Of a stretch of DNA of 64,000 nucleotides, positions 35,139 through 43,876 are shown one piece after another. Position 1 is the first letter of the stretch. Each line of letters starts with the position of its first letter. This stretch comes from an uncultured Thermoplasmatales archaeon. Its GTDB lineage: Archaea > Thermoplasmatota > SW-10-69-26 > JACQPN01 > CAZDGP01. Made by a program: the position numbers and the translations under genes. Below the pieces are notes generated by a model. The model was not told the DNA's origin, ran no database searches, and saw only the letters and a program-made list of their open reading frames with translations. The stretch spans positions 20,581-84,580 of the forward strand of contig CAZDGP010000001.1 of the NCBI GenBank assembly GCA_964505085.1, written 5' to 3'.

Positions 35139-36404
35139 TCAGGTGTGGACGGTCTCGATGTCCACCAGGAACCACCGGTCGACGCCGTCCTGGTACCCCT
35201 CGGCTGGGGGCACGTACGCCAGGTTCGCGTCCCCCTCGTGGAGGCCCAGGAGAGCATCCCGGAACCCGGGGATGACGGTGGTGTACTCGGGGTCGGGGCT
35301 CTGCCCGTCACCGGTCCAAACCTTGAGGAGGGTGGTGCGCTCCCCCTGGCCGGCGGCGGTGCGGAAGCCCTCCGCGGTGGCGAAGTACCTCATGTCGGTG
35401 TCGAAGAGGATGCCAGTGTCCAGGTACCCGGCGTACCGGAGGTCCACCTTCATCCCCTCCTCCACCGCGGCGCCACCGGGCTCGTTCCGCGTCACGGTCA
35501 CGGTGGCGTCGTCGGAGAGGTCGCCGCTCGTCACCGAGACCCCCACGGTCGGGTTGGAGGGGCCGGTGGGGACGTTGGCCAGGACGAGGGCGGAGCCCCC
35601 CGGTGCCAGGTCGACGGTGGCGGTGCCGTCGCCCCGGGGAACCGAGACGCTGGCGGTGTCGCCCGAGGCCTCCACGGTGACGGTGCGGGGTGCGTCCCAT
35701 CCGTTCACGAGCTGGAAGGCCGCGAGGCCCGTGGCGTTGGCTCCCAGGTCGAGGTCCGGGGTGGCTGGGACGATGCGGATGACGGGGTCGTCCTCGGGGA
35801 GGCTCAAGCTCACGGAGGTGATGACGACGTCCTCCACGGGCACGTTCTCGCGGCCGCCCTCGGTGTGGGTCTCCACGTTGCGGATGGTGTCCACCACGTC
35901 CATCCCCTCCACCACGCGGCCGAAGACCGCGTACCCGGGGGGCCGGTCCAGGTTCGTGTTGTTCTCCACGTTGATGAAGAACTGGCTGGTGGCGCTGTGG
36001 GGGTTCTTCGTGCGCGCCATGCTGATGGTCCCCCGCTCGTTGTTCAGGTCCTCGGGCCGGTCGAGGGGGATGGGCGCGTGCACGTCCTTCTTCTCCAGGT
36101 CGGGCGTGAGACCGCCACCCTGGAGCATGAAGTTCGAGATGACGCGGTGGAAGATGGTGCCATCGTAGAACCCCTCGTGGGCGTACCGCACGAAGTTCGC
36201 CACCGTCACCGGCACCTCCTCGTGGAGGAGCTCCACGTGGATGACGCCCTCGGTGGTGTGGATGCACGCCACGAGTTGGTCGGGTCCGTGGTCGCAGGCG
36301 GCGGCGTCACCGTTCCCGGTGTCGGGGTTGGCGGGGTCGCCACCGAGGCACCCGGCGAAGCTCGCGGTGAGAAGCATCAGGACCATGAGGAGGCTCCGTC
36401 GCAT
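35139..36404 (-). CDS. Secreted lipoprotein fusing a cyclophilin-type and an FKBP-type peptidyl-prolyl isomerase
   Basis: Signal and lipobox MRRSLLMVLMLLTASFAGC. Cyclophilin block VANFVRYAHEGFYDGTIFHRVISNFMLQGGG...SQFFIN. A beta-rich middle region. C-terminal FKBP-like block GMKVDLRYAGYLDTGILFDTD...VIPGFRDALLGLHEGD...YVPPAEGY. Confidence 0.8.
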   Translation of the reverse strand: MRRSLLMVLMLLTASFAGCLGGDPANPDTGNGDAAACDHGPDQLVACIHTTEGVIHVELLHEEVPVTVANFVRYAHEGFYDGTIFHRVISNFMLQGGGLTPDLEKKDVHAPIPLDRPEDLNNERGTISMARTKNPHSATSQFFINVENNTNLDRPPGYAVFGRVVEGMDVVDTIRNVETHTEGGRENVPVEDVVITSVSLSLPEDDPVIRIVPATPDLDLGANATGLAAFQLVNGWDAPRTVTVEASGDTASVSVPRGDGTATVDLAPGGSALVLANVPTGPSNPTVGVSVTSGDLSDDATVTVTRNEPGGAAVEEGMKVDLRYAGYLDTGILFDTDMRYFATAEGFRTAAGQGERTTLLKVWTGDGQSPDPEYTTVIPGFRDALLGLHEGDANLAYVPPAEGYQDGVDRWFLVDIETVHT

Positions 36405-36467
36405 GGTGATCGACGCGGTGAGATGGTTCCTGCGTCTTGAGGTTGTCGGAGGTCGCTGGGGGGTACG

Positions 36468-37088
36468 TCAGTCGCGGCGAGCCTCGAGCTCCCGGAGGAT
36501 GTCCCGGAGCGTCACGTCCCCGGCACGGGCCACCACGAGGAGGTGGTAGAGGAGGTCCGCGGCCTCGTGCACGAGGGGGTCCTCGCCGTCCCCGCGGGCA
36601 GCGTCCACGAGCTCGCGGGCCTCCTCCTCCACCTTGCTCAACCGGAGGTCCTCGTCCTCGTAGAGGCGGTGGGTCCAGCTGCCCTCCGGTGCGTCGTCCA
36701 TGCGCTCCGACAGCACGGTGTCGAGGGCCTCGAGGGTGGGGCTCTCGGGGCCGGCGGAGATGGTGCCGGACTCGATGGCGTTGAAGAAGCACGCGGGCTC
36801 GCCCGTGTGGCAGGCTGGCCCGGTCTGGTGCACCCGCGCCAGGAGCGCGTCCCCGTCGCAATCGAGGTGGAGGCTCTCCACCTCCTGGATGTGGCCGCTG
36901 GTCTCGCCCTTCCGCCACAGCTCGTTGCGGCTCCGGGAGTGGTAGTGCATCTCACCGGTCTCCAGCGTAGCATCGAGAGCCTCCTCGTCCACGTAGGCGA
37001 GCATGAGGACGCGGCCGGTGAGAGCATCCTGCGTGATGCAGGGGAGGAGCCCGTCCATCTTCCCCCAGTCGGGGTCCACGCCGAACAT
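36468..37088 (-). CDS. hisIE: Bifunctional phosphoribosyl-AMP cyclohydrolase / phosphoribosyl-ATP pyrophosphatase
   Basis: HisI block WRKGETSGHIQEV...LDCDGDALL...CHTG, then HisE block SWTHRLYED...EAADLLYHLLV. Confidence 0.9.
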   Translation of the reverse strand: MFGVDPDWGKMDGLLPCITQDALTGRVLMLAYVDEEALDATLETGEMHYHSRSRNELWRKGETSGHIQEVESLHLDCDGDALLARVHQTGPACHTGEPACFFNAIESGTISAGPESPTLEALDTVLSERMDDAPEGSWTHRLYEDEDLRLSKVEEEARELVDAARGDGEDPLVHEAADLLYHLLVVARAGDVTLRDILRELEARRD

Positions 37089-37870
37089 CACGCGGCCCCC
37101 CGCGTGCGTTGGGGTGGGCGGAGGGGGACGCCGCGTGCCAGGAGCTCCTGCTTCACGCGGTCCACGGTGGTCTCGTCGTAGTGGAAGATGCTGGCGGCGA
37201 GGGCCGCGTCGGCCTCCCCCCGCGTGAGGGCGTCGTGGAGGTGGTCCACGGTGCCGGCGCCCCCGCTCGCCACGACGGGCACGTCCACCGTGCGAGCGAC
37301 CTCGCGGGTGAGCTTCAGGTCGTACCCGTCCTTGGTGCCGTCGCGGTCCATGCTCGTGAGGAGGATCTCGCCCGCTCCCCGCTCCGCGAGCTCCCGGCAC
37401 CAGGGGATGGCCTCTATGTCGGTGGCGCGGGAGCCCCCGTGGGTGTGCACGATCCACGTGTCCTCCACGCGCTTCGCGTCCACGCTCGCCACGATGCACT
37501 GGCTTCCGAAGCGCTCCGCCGCCCGGGTGGCCAGGGCGGGGTCCCGCACGAGGGCGGTGTTGATGGCGACCTTGTCGGCGCCGGCCCGGAGCACCTGGTA
37601 CACGTCCTCCACGCTCCCCACGCCCCCACCAACGGTGAGGGGCACGAAGAGGCGCTCGGCGGTGGCCTGCACGATGTCCAGAAGCGTGCTGCGTCCCTCC
37701 CGGCTGGCGCTGATGTCCAGGAAGACGACCTCGTCAGCCTCCTGCTCCTCGTACCGGGACGCGAGCTCCACGGGGTCGCCGGCGTCCCGGAGCCCCTCGA
37801 AGTGGACGCCCTTCACGACGCGTCCGTCCTTCACGTCGAGGCAGGGGACGATGCGGCGTTTCAACCCCAT
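37088..37870 (-). CDS. hisF: Imidazole glycerol phosphate synthase cyclase subunit
   Basis: [30 protein letters not shown]. Confidence 0.93.
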   Translation of the reverse strand: MGLKRRIVPCLDVKDGRVVKGVHFEGLRDAGDPVELASRYEEQEADEVVFLDISASREGRSTLLDIVQATAERLFVPLTVGGGVGSVEDVYQVLRAGADKVAINTALVRDPALATRAAERFGSQCIVASVDAKRVEDTWIVHTHGGSRATDIEAIPWCRELAERGAGEILLTSMDRDGTKDGYDLKLTREVARTVDVPVVASGGAGTVDHLHDALTRGEADAALAASIFHYDETTVDRVKQELLARGVPLRPPQRTRGAA

Positions 37871-38461
37871 TCAGGCGTCCTCCCCGTCGTCGTACCGGGC
37901 CTCGCCCTTGGTGCTCAGCACCTCGTCGCGGGGCCTCAACGCTCGCCGCAGGGCGAGGCCCAGGGCCTTCACGTGACCCTCCACGATGTGGTGGGCGTCC
38001 ACGCCGCGGCGGGTCTCGAGGTGGAGGGTGAGGCGAGCCTCGTGGGCGAGGGTGCGGAACCAGTGGTGCCACAAGGTGTGGACGTCGCTGAGGTCGCCGC
38101 GGTAGTAGGGGCGGTCCACGATGTCCACGGCGGCGAAGCAGAGGGCCTCGTCGAAGGGGACGAAGGCGTGGGCCACACGCTCCACGCGGTGGACGTCCAC
38201 AGCCTCCCGGAGCGTCCGGCCCAGGACGATGGCCACGTCCTCGGCGAGGTGGTGCTCGTTGTCACCCTCGGCGGTGAGGGTGATGTCGAGGTCGCTGTAG
38301 CGTGCCAGCGTCTCCACCATGTGGGTGAGGAACCCTGCGGGGATGCTCGGGTCCACGCCCGTGGGGGGAGCGGACGCGATGGTCACGTCGGCCTCGCCCG
38401 TGCCACGGTCGAGGCTGCATTCGATGGTCGTCTCCTTCGTCTCGCGTGTTACGCTAGCCAC
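37871..38461 (-). CDS. hisB: Imidazoleglycerol-phosphate dehydratase (monofunctional)
   Basis: TRETKETTIE..., GFLTHMVETLARYS, DNEHHLAEDVAIVLG. GTG start. No phosphatase domain. Confidence 0.9.
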   Translation of the reverse strand: MASVTRETKETTIECSLDRGTGEADVTIASAPPTGVDPSIPAGFLTHMVETLARYSDLDITLTAEGDNEHHLAEDVAIVLGRTLREAVDVHRVERVAHAFVPFDEALCFAAVDIVDRPYYRGDLSDVHTLWHHWFRTLAHEARLTLHLETRRGVDAHHIVEGHVKALGLALRRALRPRDEVLSTKGEARYDDGEDA

Positions 38462-39170
38462 GTTGGGTCACCTCGAGGGCATCCTGGAAGTCCAGGGTGC
38501 CATCGTAGAACGCCATCCCCACGACGGCTCCCCAGGCGCCGGCGTCCATGAGCGCCTGGAGGTCCTGCGCGTTAGCGATACCGCCGCTGGCGATGACGGG
38601 GACGCCCACGGCATCCACCAGGGAGCGGACACCCTCGACGTTGGCACCCGTCTTGCGCCCCTCCCGCCCCACGTCGGTGTAGAGGAGCCCCCCCACGCCA
38701 GCCTCGTCTGCGCGGGTGGCGAAGGTGAGGAGGTCCTCGCCGCTTCCCTCGGTCCATCCCTTCACCACGATCTCCTGACCGCGGGCGTCCACGGCCACCA
38801 CGAGGGCATCGCCGAAGACTGCGCCGGCCTCCTGGAGGAACTCGGGGTCCCTGACGGCTCGGGTGCCCACCACGGCGCGGCGTGCGCCGGCGTCGAGCAC
38901 CTCCTGAACGTCCTCCATGCTTCGGAGGCCTCCGCCCACCTGCACGGGGACGGGCACCGCCTGGAGGATCTCCCGGATGACGGGGAGGTTGGAGCCCTCG
39001 TCCAGGGCGGCGTCGAGGTCCACCACGTGGAGCCACGTGGCCCCCCGCTCCACCCACCGCGTTGCCTCCGCCACGGGGTCAGGGCGGCTCACGTTCTCCA
39101 CCGAGGGGTCGCCGCCCACGAGCTGGACGCAGCGCCCTCCGCGGATGTCCACGGCCGGGATCGGTATCAT
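38454..39170 (-). CDS. hisA: ProFAR isomerase
   Basis: MIPIPAVDIRGGRCVQLVGG, VQVGGGLRS, IASGGI. Confidence 0.9.
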   Translation of the reverse strand: MIPIPAVDIRGGRCVQLVGGDPSVENVSRPDPVAEATRWVERGATWLHVVDLDAALDEGSNLPVIREILQAVPVPVQVGGGLRSMEDVQEVLDAGARRAVVGTRAVRDPEFLQEAGAVFGDALVVAVDARGQEIVVKGWTEGSGEDLLTFATRADEAGVGGLLYTDVGREGRKTGANVEGVRSLVDAVGVPVIASGGIANAQDLQALMDAGAWGAVVGMAFYDGTLDFQDALEVTQRG

Positions 39171-39772
39171 GCCACGGCCTCCTGGGCTTCCTCCACCCAG
39201 TTCCGGAGGAGGGTGAGGCCCACGATGCTCGACTTCTCGGGGTGGAACTGGGTGCCCACGGCGGAGCCCCGGCGCACCACCGCGGCGAAGTCCCGCCCGT
39301 AGGGCGTGGTGGCGAGCACATGCTCGTCCTCCGTGGGGTCGGGAGCGAAGCTGTTCACGTAGTACACGTGGGGGTCCGCGGGGAGGTCCTGCAGCAGCGC
39401 GTGCTCCCCCGTGGGTTCGATGCTGTTCCACCCGATCTGGGGGAGCTTGGTGTGGGGGAGGCGCGTGACGTCCCCGGGGATCCACCCGAGGCCCTCGGCC
39501 TTCCCCTCCTCGCTCCGGTGGAAGAGCAGCTGCATCCCGAGGCAGATACCGAGGAGCGGCGTGCCCTCGGCGAGTCGCTCGTGGAGCACGTCCCGCACGG
39601 GGTCCAGTTGGTCCGCGGCGGCGTCGAAGGCGCCCACGCCGGGGAGGACGAGGGCGTCGGCCTCCGCCACCGCTGTGGGGGCGAGGTCCCGCTGCTCCAC
39701 GGTGGCGCCGGCGTCCTCGAGGGCCTTCCGGATGCTGTGGAGGTTCCCCACGCTGTAGTCCAGGACGGTCAC
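39167..39772 (-). CDS. hisH: Imidazole glycerol phosphate synthase glutaminase subunit
   Basis: LPGVGAFD, GICLGMQLL (Cys), TQFHPEKS. GTG start overlapping the hisC stop. Confidence 0.92.
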   Translation of the reverse strand: MTVLDYSVGNLHSIRKALEDAGATVEQRDLAPTAVAEADALVLPGVGAFDAAADQLDPVRDVLHERLAEGTPLLGICLGMQLLFHRSEEGKAEGLGWIPGDVTRLPHTKLPQIGWNSIEPTGEHALLQDLPADPHVYYVNSFAPDPTEDEHVLATTPYGRDFAAVVRRGSAVGTQFHPEKSSIVGLTLLRNWVEEAQEAVA

Positions 39773-40833
39773 GCGGATGCGCGCACCTCCTGCAGCGCGT
39801 CGTCCACGGCGTCGAGGAACGCGTCCATGACGTCGGGAGGTCCGAGGGTGATGCGGAGGTAGGGACGGATCTCGCCCCGGAAGTCCCGCACTAGGAACCC
39901 GCGGTCCCTCAGGGCGTTGGTGAGGTCCACAGCGTCCACGGGGGGTTCCACCCAGAGGAAGTTGGCGTCGCTGGGCCAGGTGCGGAAGCCCCGCTCGTCC
40001 AGCGCCTGGCGCACGCGCTCCCGTTGCTTCCGCACCACGGGGACGGCGCGGTCCACGTACGTGCTGTCCCGGAGAGCCTCCACGGCCACGAGCTCGCTCA
40101 GGGTGTCGAGGCGGAATGGAGCGCGCACCTTCCCCACCTCCCGGAGCACGTCGGCATCACCGAGGGCCATGCCCACGCGGAACCCCGCGAGGCCGTGGGC
40201 CTTGCTCAGGGTCCGGAGCACGACGAGGTTGGGGTGGTCCGGGAGGTGCGGGAGGAGGGACCCGTCGGCGAACTCCACGTAGGCCTCGTCAGCGATGACG
40301 ATGCCGTCGAGGCCCTCCACGACCTCCAGCACGTCATCCACGGGGAAGGCGTTCCCCGTGGGGTTGTTGGGTCGGCAGACGATGCTGAGCTCCGCGTCCG
40401 CCTCCAGGAACCCCGCGGGGTCGAGGCTCCAGCCCGGATCCTGCAGGGGGACAGCTCGGGGGTGGGCTCCGTTGGTGCGGACGAAGGTGGGGATCATGCT
40501 GAAGCTTGGCGGGTGGTACGCCACCTCCCCGCCGTGCGGCACGAAGGTCCGCACCAGGAAGTCGATGATCTCGTTGGTGCCGTTGGCGGCGAGCACCTGC
40601 TCGGGTTCCAGGTCGAAGCGCTCCGCCGCCGCCTCCCGCAGAGGGAGGCTGTCGATGGGAGGGTAGTCCACGAGGTCCGCCGGGTCCGCGCGCTTGAGGA
40701 CGCGCTCCACCACGGGGTTGGGCCCGAAGAGGCTCGCGTTGTTCATGAGGTTCGTGCCCTCCTCCGGGTGGATGGTGTAGGCCTTGAGCTCCCGGACGGC
40801 GGGTCGGGCGCGTTCGGCAGGGTGCTTCGTCAT
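39769..40833 (-). CDS. hisC: Histidinol-phosphate aminotransferase
   Basis: CRPNNPTGNAF, LRTLSKAHGLAGFRVG (PLP lysine). 354-aa tail of the track ORF. Confidence 0.88.
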   Translation of the reverse strand: MTKHPAERARPAVRELKAYTIHPEEGTNLMNNASLFGPNPVVERVLKRADPADLVDYPPIDSLPLREAAAERFDLEPEQVLAANGTNEIIDFLVRTFVPHGGEVAYHPPSFSMIPTFVRTNGAHPRAVPLQDPGWSLDPAGFLEADAELSIVCRPNNPTGNAFPVDDVLEVVEGLDGIVIADEAYVEFADGSLLPHLPDHPNLVVLRTLSKAHGLAGFRVGMALGDADVLREVGKVRAPFRLDTLSELVAVEALRDSTYVDRAVPVVRKQRERVRQALDERGFRTWPSDANFLWVEPPVDAVDLTNALRDRGFLVRDFRGEIRPYLRITLGPPDVMDAFLDAVDDALQEVRASA

Positions 40834-42149
40834 GGTTCGTTGCCTCCGTGGGCAGCGGTCCGGGCGGCGTGGGCGTGGCCTGGGAGGCCCTCGGCCTCCG
40901 CCAACGCCACGGTGGCGTCGGTGAGGTTCGCGGCGCCATCCCGCGTGAGGTCGAGGTGGGTGGGTCGCCGGAGGAATACGTCGACGCTGAGGCCGCTCAT
41001 GCCCCGGGCGAGGCCCCCGGTGGGGAGGACGTGGTTGGGTCCGGCACCGTAGTCGCCGAAGGCGACGCTGGAGCGGGGTCCGAGGAAGGCGCTGCCGTAG
41101 CTCGTGATCTCCTCCAGGACCTTGCTGGGATCCTCCACGTGGAGGGCCAGGTGCTCGGGCCCGTGGGCGTTGGCGAAGGCCACCGCCTCGTCCAGGGTGG
41201 CGGTGGTGAGGAGCGCGCCACGTGCCTCCAGGCTCTCGCTGATGACGGAGGCGCGGGGCGCATCCTGCAGGAGCTCCAGGAGGGCGTCGGCCACCGCGTC
41301 CACTAGGGTGGGTTCCGTGGTGATGAGGACGCTGCTTGCGTGGGGGTCGTGCTCGGCCTGGGCAAGGAGCTCCGCAGCCACGCTCCCGGGTTCCGCGGTG
41401 GCATCGGCCACCACGAGCACCTCGCTGGGGCCCGCGGGGGCGTCGGTGCGGACGCGGGCGCTTGCCAGGAGCTTGGCGGCGGTGACGTACACGTTCCCGG
41501 GGCCCACCACGGCGTCGCAGGCGGGGACGGCGGGGGTGCCGTGGGCCATGGCCAGGATGGCCTGGGCGCCACCCACGTTCACCACGTGGTCCACGTCGGC
41601 CACGTGGCAGGCCGCGAGGACGAGGCTCGGTGGGCGGCCCGTGCTGGGGTCGGGGGGTGTGGCCACCACGACCTCGTCCACGCCGGCGACGCGGGCGGGG
41701 ACGGCGGTCATGAGGACCGTGCTGGGGTAGGCCGCGCGGCCACCGGGCACGTAGCATCCGGCACGGTCCACCGGGAGCACGCGGCGGCCGGCGGAGACAC
41801 CCGGTTCCACCTCCATCGTGTCCTCCTCCGGAGGGAGCTGTGCCTCGTGGAAGCGCCGGATGCGCTCGGCAGCATCCCGGAGCGCCTCCTGGAGCTCCTT
41901 GGGTTGCTCCAGGTACGCGTCCAGGACCGCTTCTGGTGGCACCCTGATGGTGGTGGGTCGCACGCCGTCGAAGCGCTCCGTGAGCTCCACGAGAGCTCCG
42001 TCGCCGCCCTCGCGCACCTGCTCCTGGATGGGGAGCACGTCGTCCAGCACGCTACGCGGGTCCGCGCCCTCGCGCTCCAGGAGCGCCCGCCGCGTGGGCT
42101 CGTCCAGGTCGGCGAGGGCGCCCCGTGCTCGCAGGGGAAGACCCGTCAT
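40830..42149 (-). CDS. hisD: Histidinol dehydrogenase
   Basis: LLAQAEHDPHASSVLIT, GDYGAGPNHVLPTGG. Confidence 0.93.
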   Translation of the reverse strand: MTGLPLRARGALADLDEPTRRALLEREGADPRSVLDDVLPIQEQVREGGDGALVELTERFDGVRPTTIRVPPEAVLDAYLEQPKELQEALRDAAERIRRFHEAQLPPEEDTMEVEPGVSAGRRVLPVDRAGCYVPGGRAAYPSTVLMTAVPARVAGVDEVVVATPPDPSTGRPPSLVLAACHVADVDHVVNVGGAQAILAMAHGTPAVPACDAVVGPGNVYVTAAKLLASARVRTDAPAGPSEVLVVADATAEPGSVAAELLAQAEHDPHASSVLITTEPTLVDAVADALLELLQDAPRASVISESLEARGALLTTATLDEAVAFANAHGPEHLALHVEDPSKVLEEITSYGSAFLGPRSSVAFGDYGAGPNHVLPTGGLARGMSGLSVDVFLRRPTHLDLTRDGAANLTDATVALAEAEGLPGHAHAARTAAHGGNEP

Positions 42150-43012
42150 GGGACGAACCTCTCGATGGGAAGCACGAGGATGCCCTCGGCTCCCAGGTCC
42201 TTCAAGCGGTTCACGGTGGCGTGGATCTCATCGCCCTGCACCACAGCGTGGGCGGCCACCATGCCGTGGTCGTCGATCTCCACCAGGGTGGGACCGTTGA
42301 CGCCCGGGAGCACCTTCCGGACCTCGTCCAGGCGGTCGCCGGGAACGTTGGCCATGAGGTAGCGCTTGCCCTGGGCATCCAGGACGCTCTTGAGCGCGAA
42401 GCGGAGGTCCTCCACCTCGCGGGCGATGCCCGGGTCCTCCAGGGCGCGGGGGTCCGCCACCAACTGGGCGGTGGACTCCAGGATGGTGGCCACAGGGCGG
42501 AGGTGGTTCCGGGCCAGGGTGGAGCCCGTGCTCGTGAGGTCCGTGATGACGTCCGCCACACCCACAGCGGGCGTGACCTCGGTGGCGCCGCTCACCTCGA
42601 TGATCTCCACGTCCACATCGTGGTCGTCGAAGAAGCTCCGGGTGAGGTTGGGGAAGCTCGTGGCGACGCGGGTGCCGTCGGGGATGTCCCGAGGTCCGTC
42701 GTGGGGGGAGTCCTCGGGGACGGCGAGGACGAGGCGGCAGGATCCGAACCCCAGGTCCAGCACCTCCTCCACGTCCTTGCCGGTCTCGCGCACGAGGTCG
42801 AGGCCCGTGACGCCCACGTGGGCAACGCCATCCTGCACGAACTCGGGGATGTCCTTCGCGCGGACGTAGAGGAGCTCCACCTCCCCCTCGTTCGCGGTGG
42901 CGCGGAGCTTCCGGTCATGGTGGTACCCCAGCCGGATGCCAGCGCGCTCTAGCAGGTCGAGGCTCTTCTCGGATAGGCGTCCCTTGTTGGGGATAGCGAT
43001 CTTCAACGTCAA
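42146..43012 (-). CDS. hisG: ATP phosphoribosyltransferase, long form
   Basis: LKIAIPNKGRLSE; 288 aa including the C-terminal regulatory domain. TTG start with GGGAGGA 8 nt upstream. Confidence 0.9.
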   Translation of the reverse strand: MTLKIAIPNKGRLSEKSLDLLERAGIRLGYHHDRKLRATANEGEVELLYVRAKDIPEFVQDGVAHVGVTGLDLVRETGKDVEEVLDLGFGSCRLVLAVPEDSPHDGPRDIPDGTRVATSFPNLTRSFFDDHDVDVEIIEVSGATEVTPAVGVADVITDLTSTGSTLARNHLRPVATILESTAQLVADPRALEDPGIAREVEDLRFALKSVLDAQGKRYLMANVPGDRLDEVRKVLPGVNGPTLVEIDDHGMVAAHAVVQGDEIHATVNRLKDLGAEGILVLPIERFVP

Positions 43013-43291
43013 GAAAAGGTCCTCCCGTGGACGGGTCGGGTGGCTGGTCCCCTGGGGCCAACGACGGCATCAACCCTGGCTCGGATGCGGATGAACGCCA
43101 TCCCACCTGGGGGGTTGGGGGGCCATGAGCAACCGGGCAAGTGCCATGCTGAGTACATAAGCGTTGCGGAGGCGGGTGGGCTCGCTCCTTCGAAGGGTTC
43201 AAGCCCCGGTGGCAGGGTGGGTTGCGCGGTGATCGTCCCCCCTCCCGTCCTATCGCTCATCGTGGAGCTGGAGCCGTGGGCTCGCGGCGTC

Positions 43292-43876
43292 ATGGAGAGC
43301 TTGGGTTACGTCGGCATCGCGCTCCTGGTGGCTCTGGAGAACCTGGTCCCTCCCATCCCCAGCGAGGTGATCCTGCCTCTGGCGGGGTTCTTCGTATCCC
43401 GAGGTACCTTCCAGTTCTTGCCCGTGGTGGTGGCTGCCACCGTGGGAAGCGTGGTGGGCGCGTGGGTCCTCTACGGGGTGGGGCTCTACCTGGGGAAGGC
43501 CAACGTGTACGCCTTCGTAGAGCGGTGGGGGCACCTCATCCTGGTGCGGGAGAAGGACCTCGACCGGACCTTCGTCTTCTTCGAGGAGCACGGGCGGAAG
43601 GCCGTCTTCCTGGGGCGGTTGCTCCCCCTCGTCCGGAGCCTCGTGAGCGTCCCGGCGGGCATGGCGGGGATGCCCGCGGCCCGGTTCACGTGGTACACGG
43701 CGGCCGGAAGCGGCCTGTGGAACACGGGTCTCGTGGCGGTGGGGTGGTGGTTGGGTCAGGAGTGGGAGCGGGTGCGTCCGTGGATCCAGGCGTTCGAGGT
43801 GGGGTTCGTGGTGCTCCTCGCCCTCCTCGTGGTGGGGTTCTTCTTGCTGCGGTGGCGACGTGAGCGGGCCTCATGA
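43292..43876 (+). CDS. dedA: DedA/SNARE-associated family membrane protein
   Basis: LENLVPPIPSEVILPLAGFFVSRG and the C-terminal half are typical DedA. Start at ATG 43292 within the longer track ORF. Confidence 0.85.
   Translation: MESLGYVGIALLVALENLVPPIPSEVILPLAGFFVSRGTFQFLPVVVAATVGSVVGAWVLYGVGLYLGKANVYAFVERWGHLILVREKDLDRTFVFFEEHGRKAVFLGRLLPLVRSLVSVPAGMAGMPAARFTWYTAAGSGLWNTGLVAVGWWLGQEWERVRPWIQAFEVGFVVLLALLVVGFFLLRWRRERAS

Noticed and set aside
43185-43215. A tRNA-like T-arm string (gaagggttcaagccccgg) in the hisG-dedA spacer.
   Set aside because: Only a 3-bp stem flanks the TTCAAGC loop, and no acceptor, D or anticodon arms can be drawn on either strand. I recognised no tRNA or rRNA anywhere in the window.
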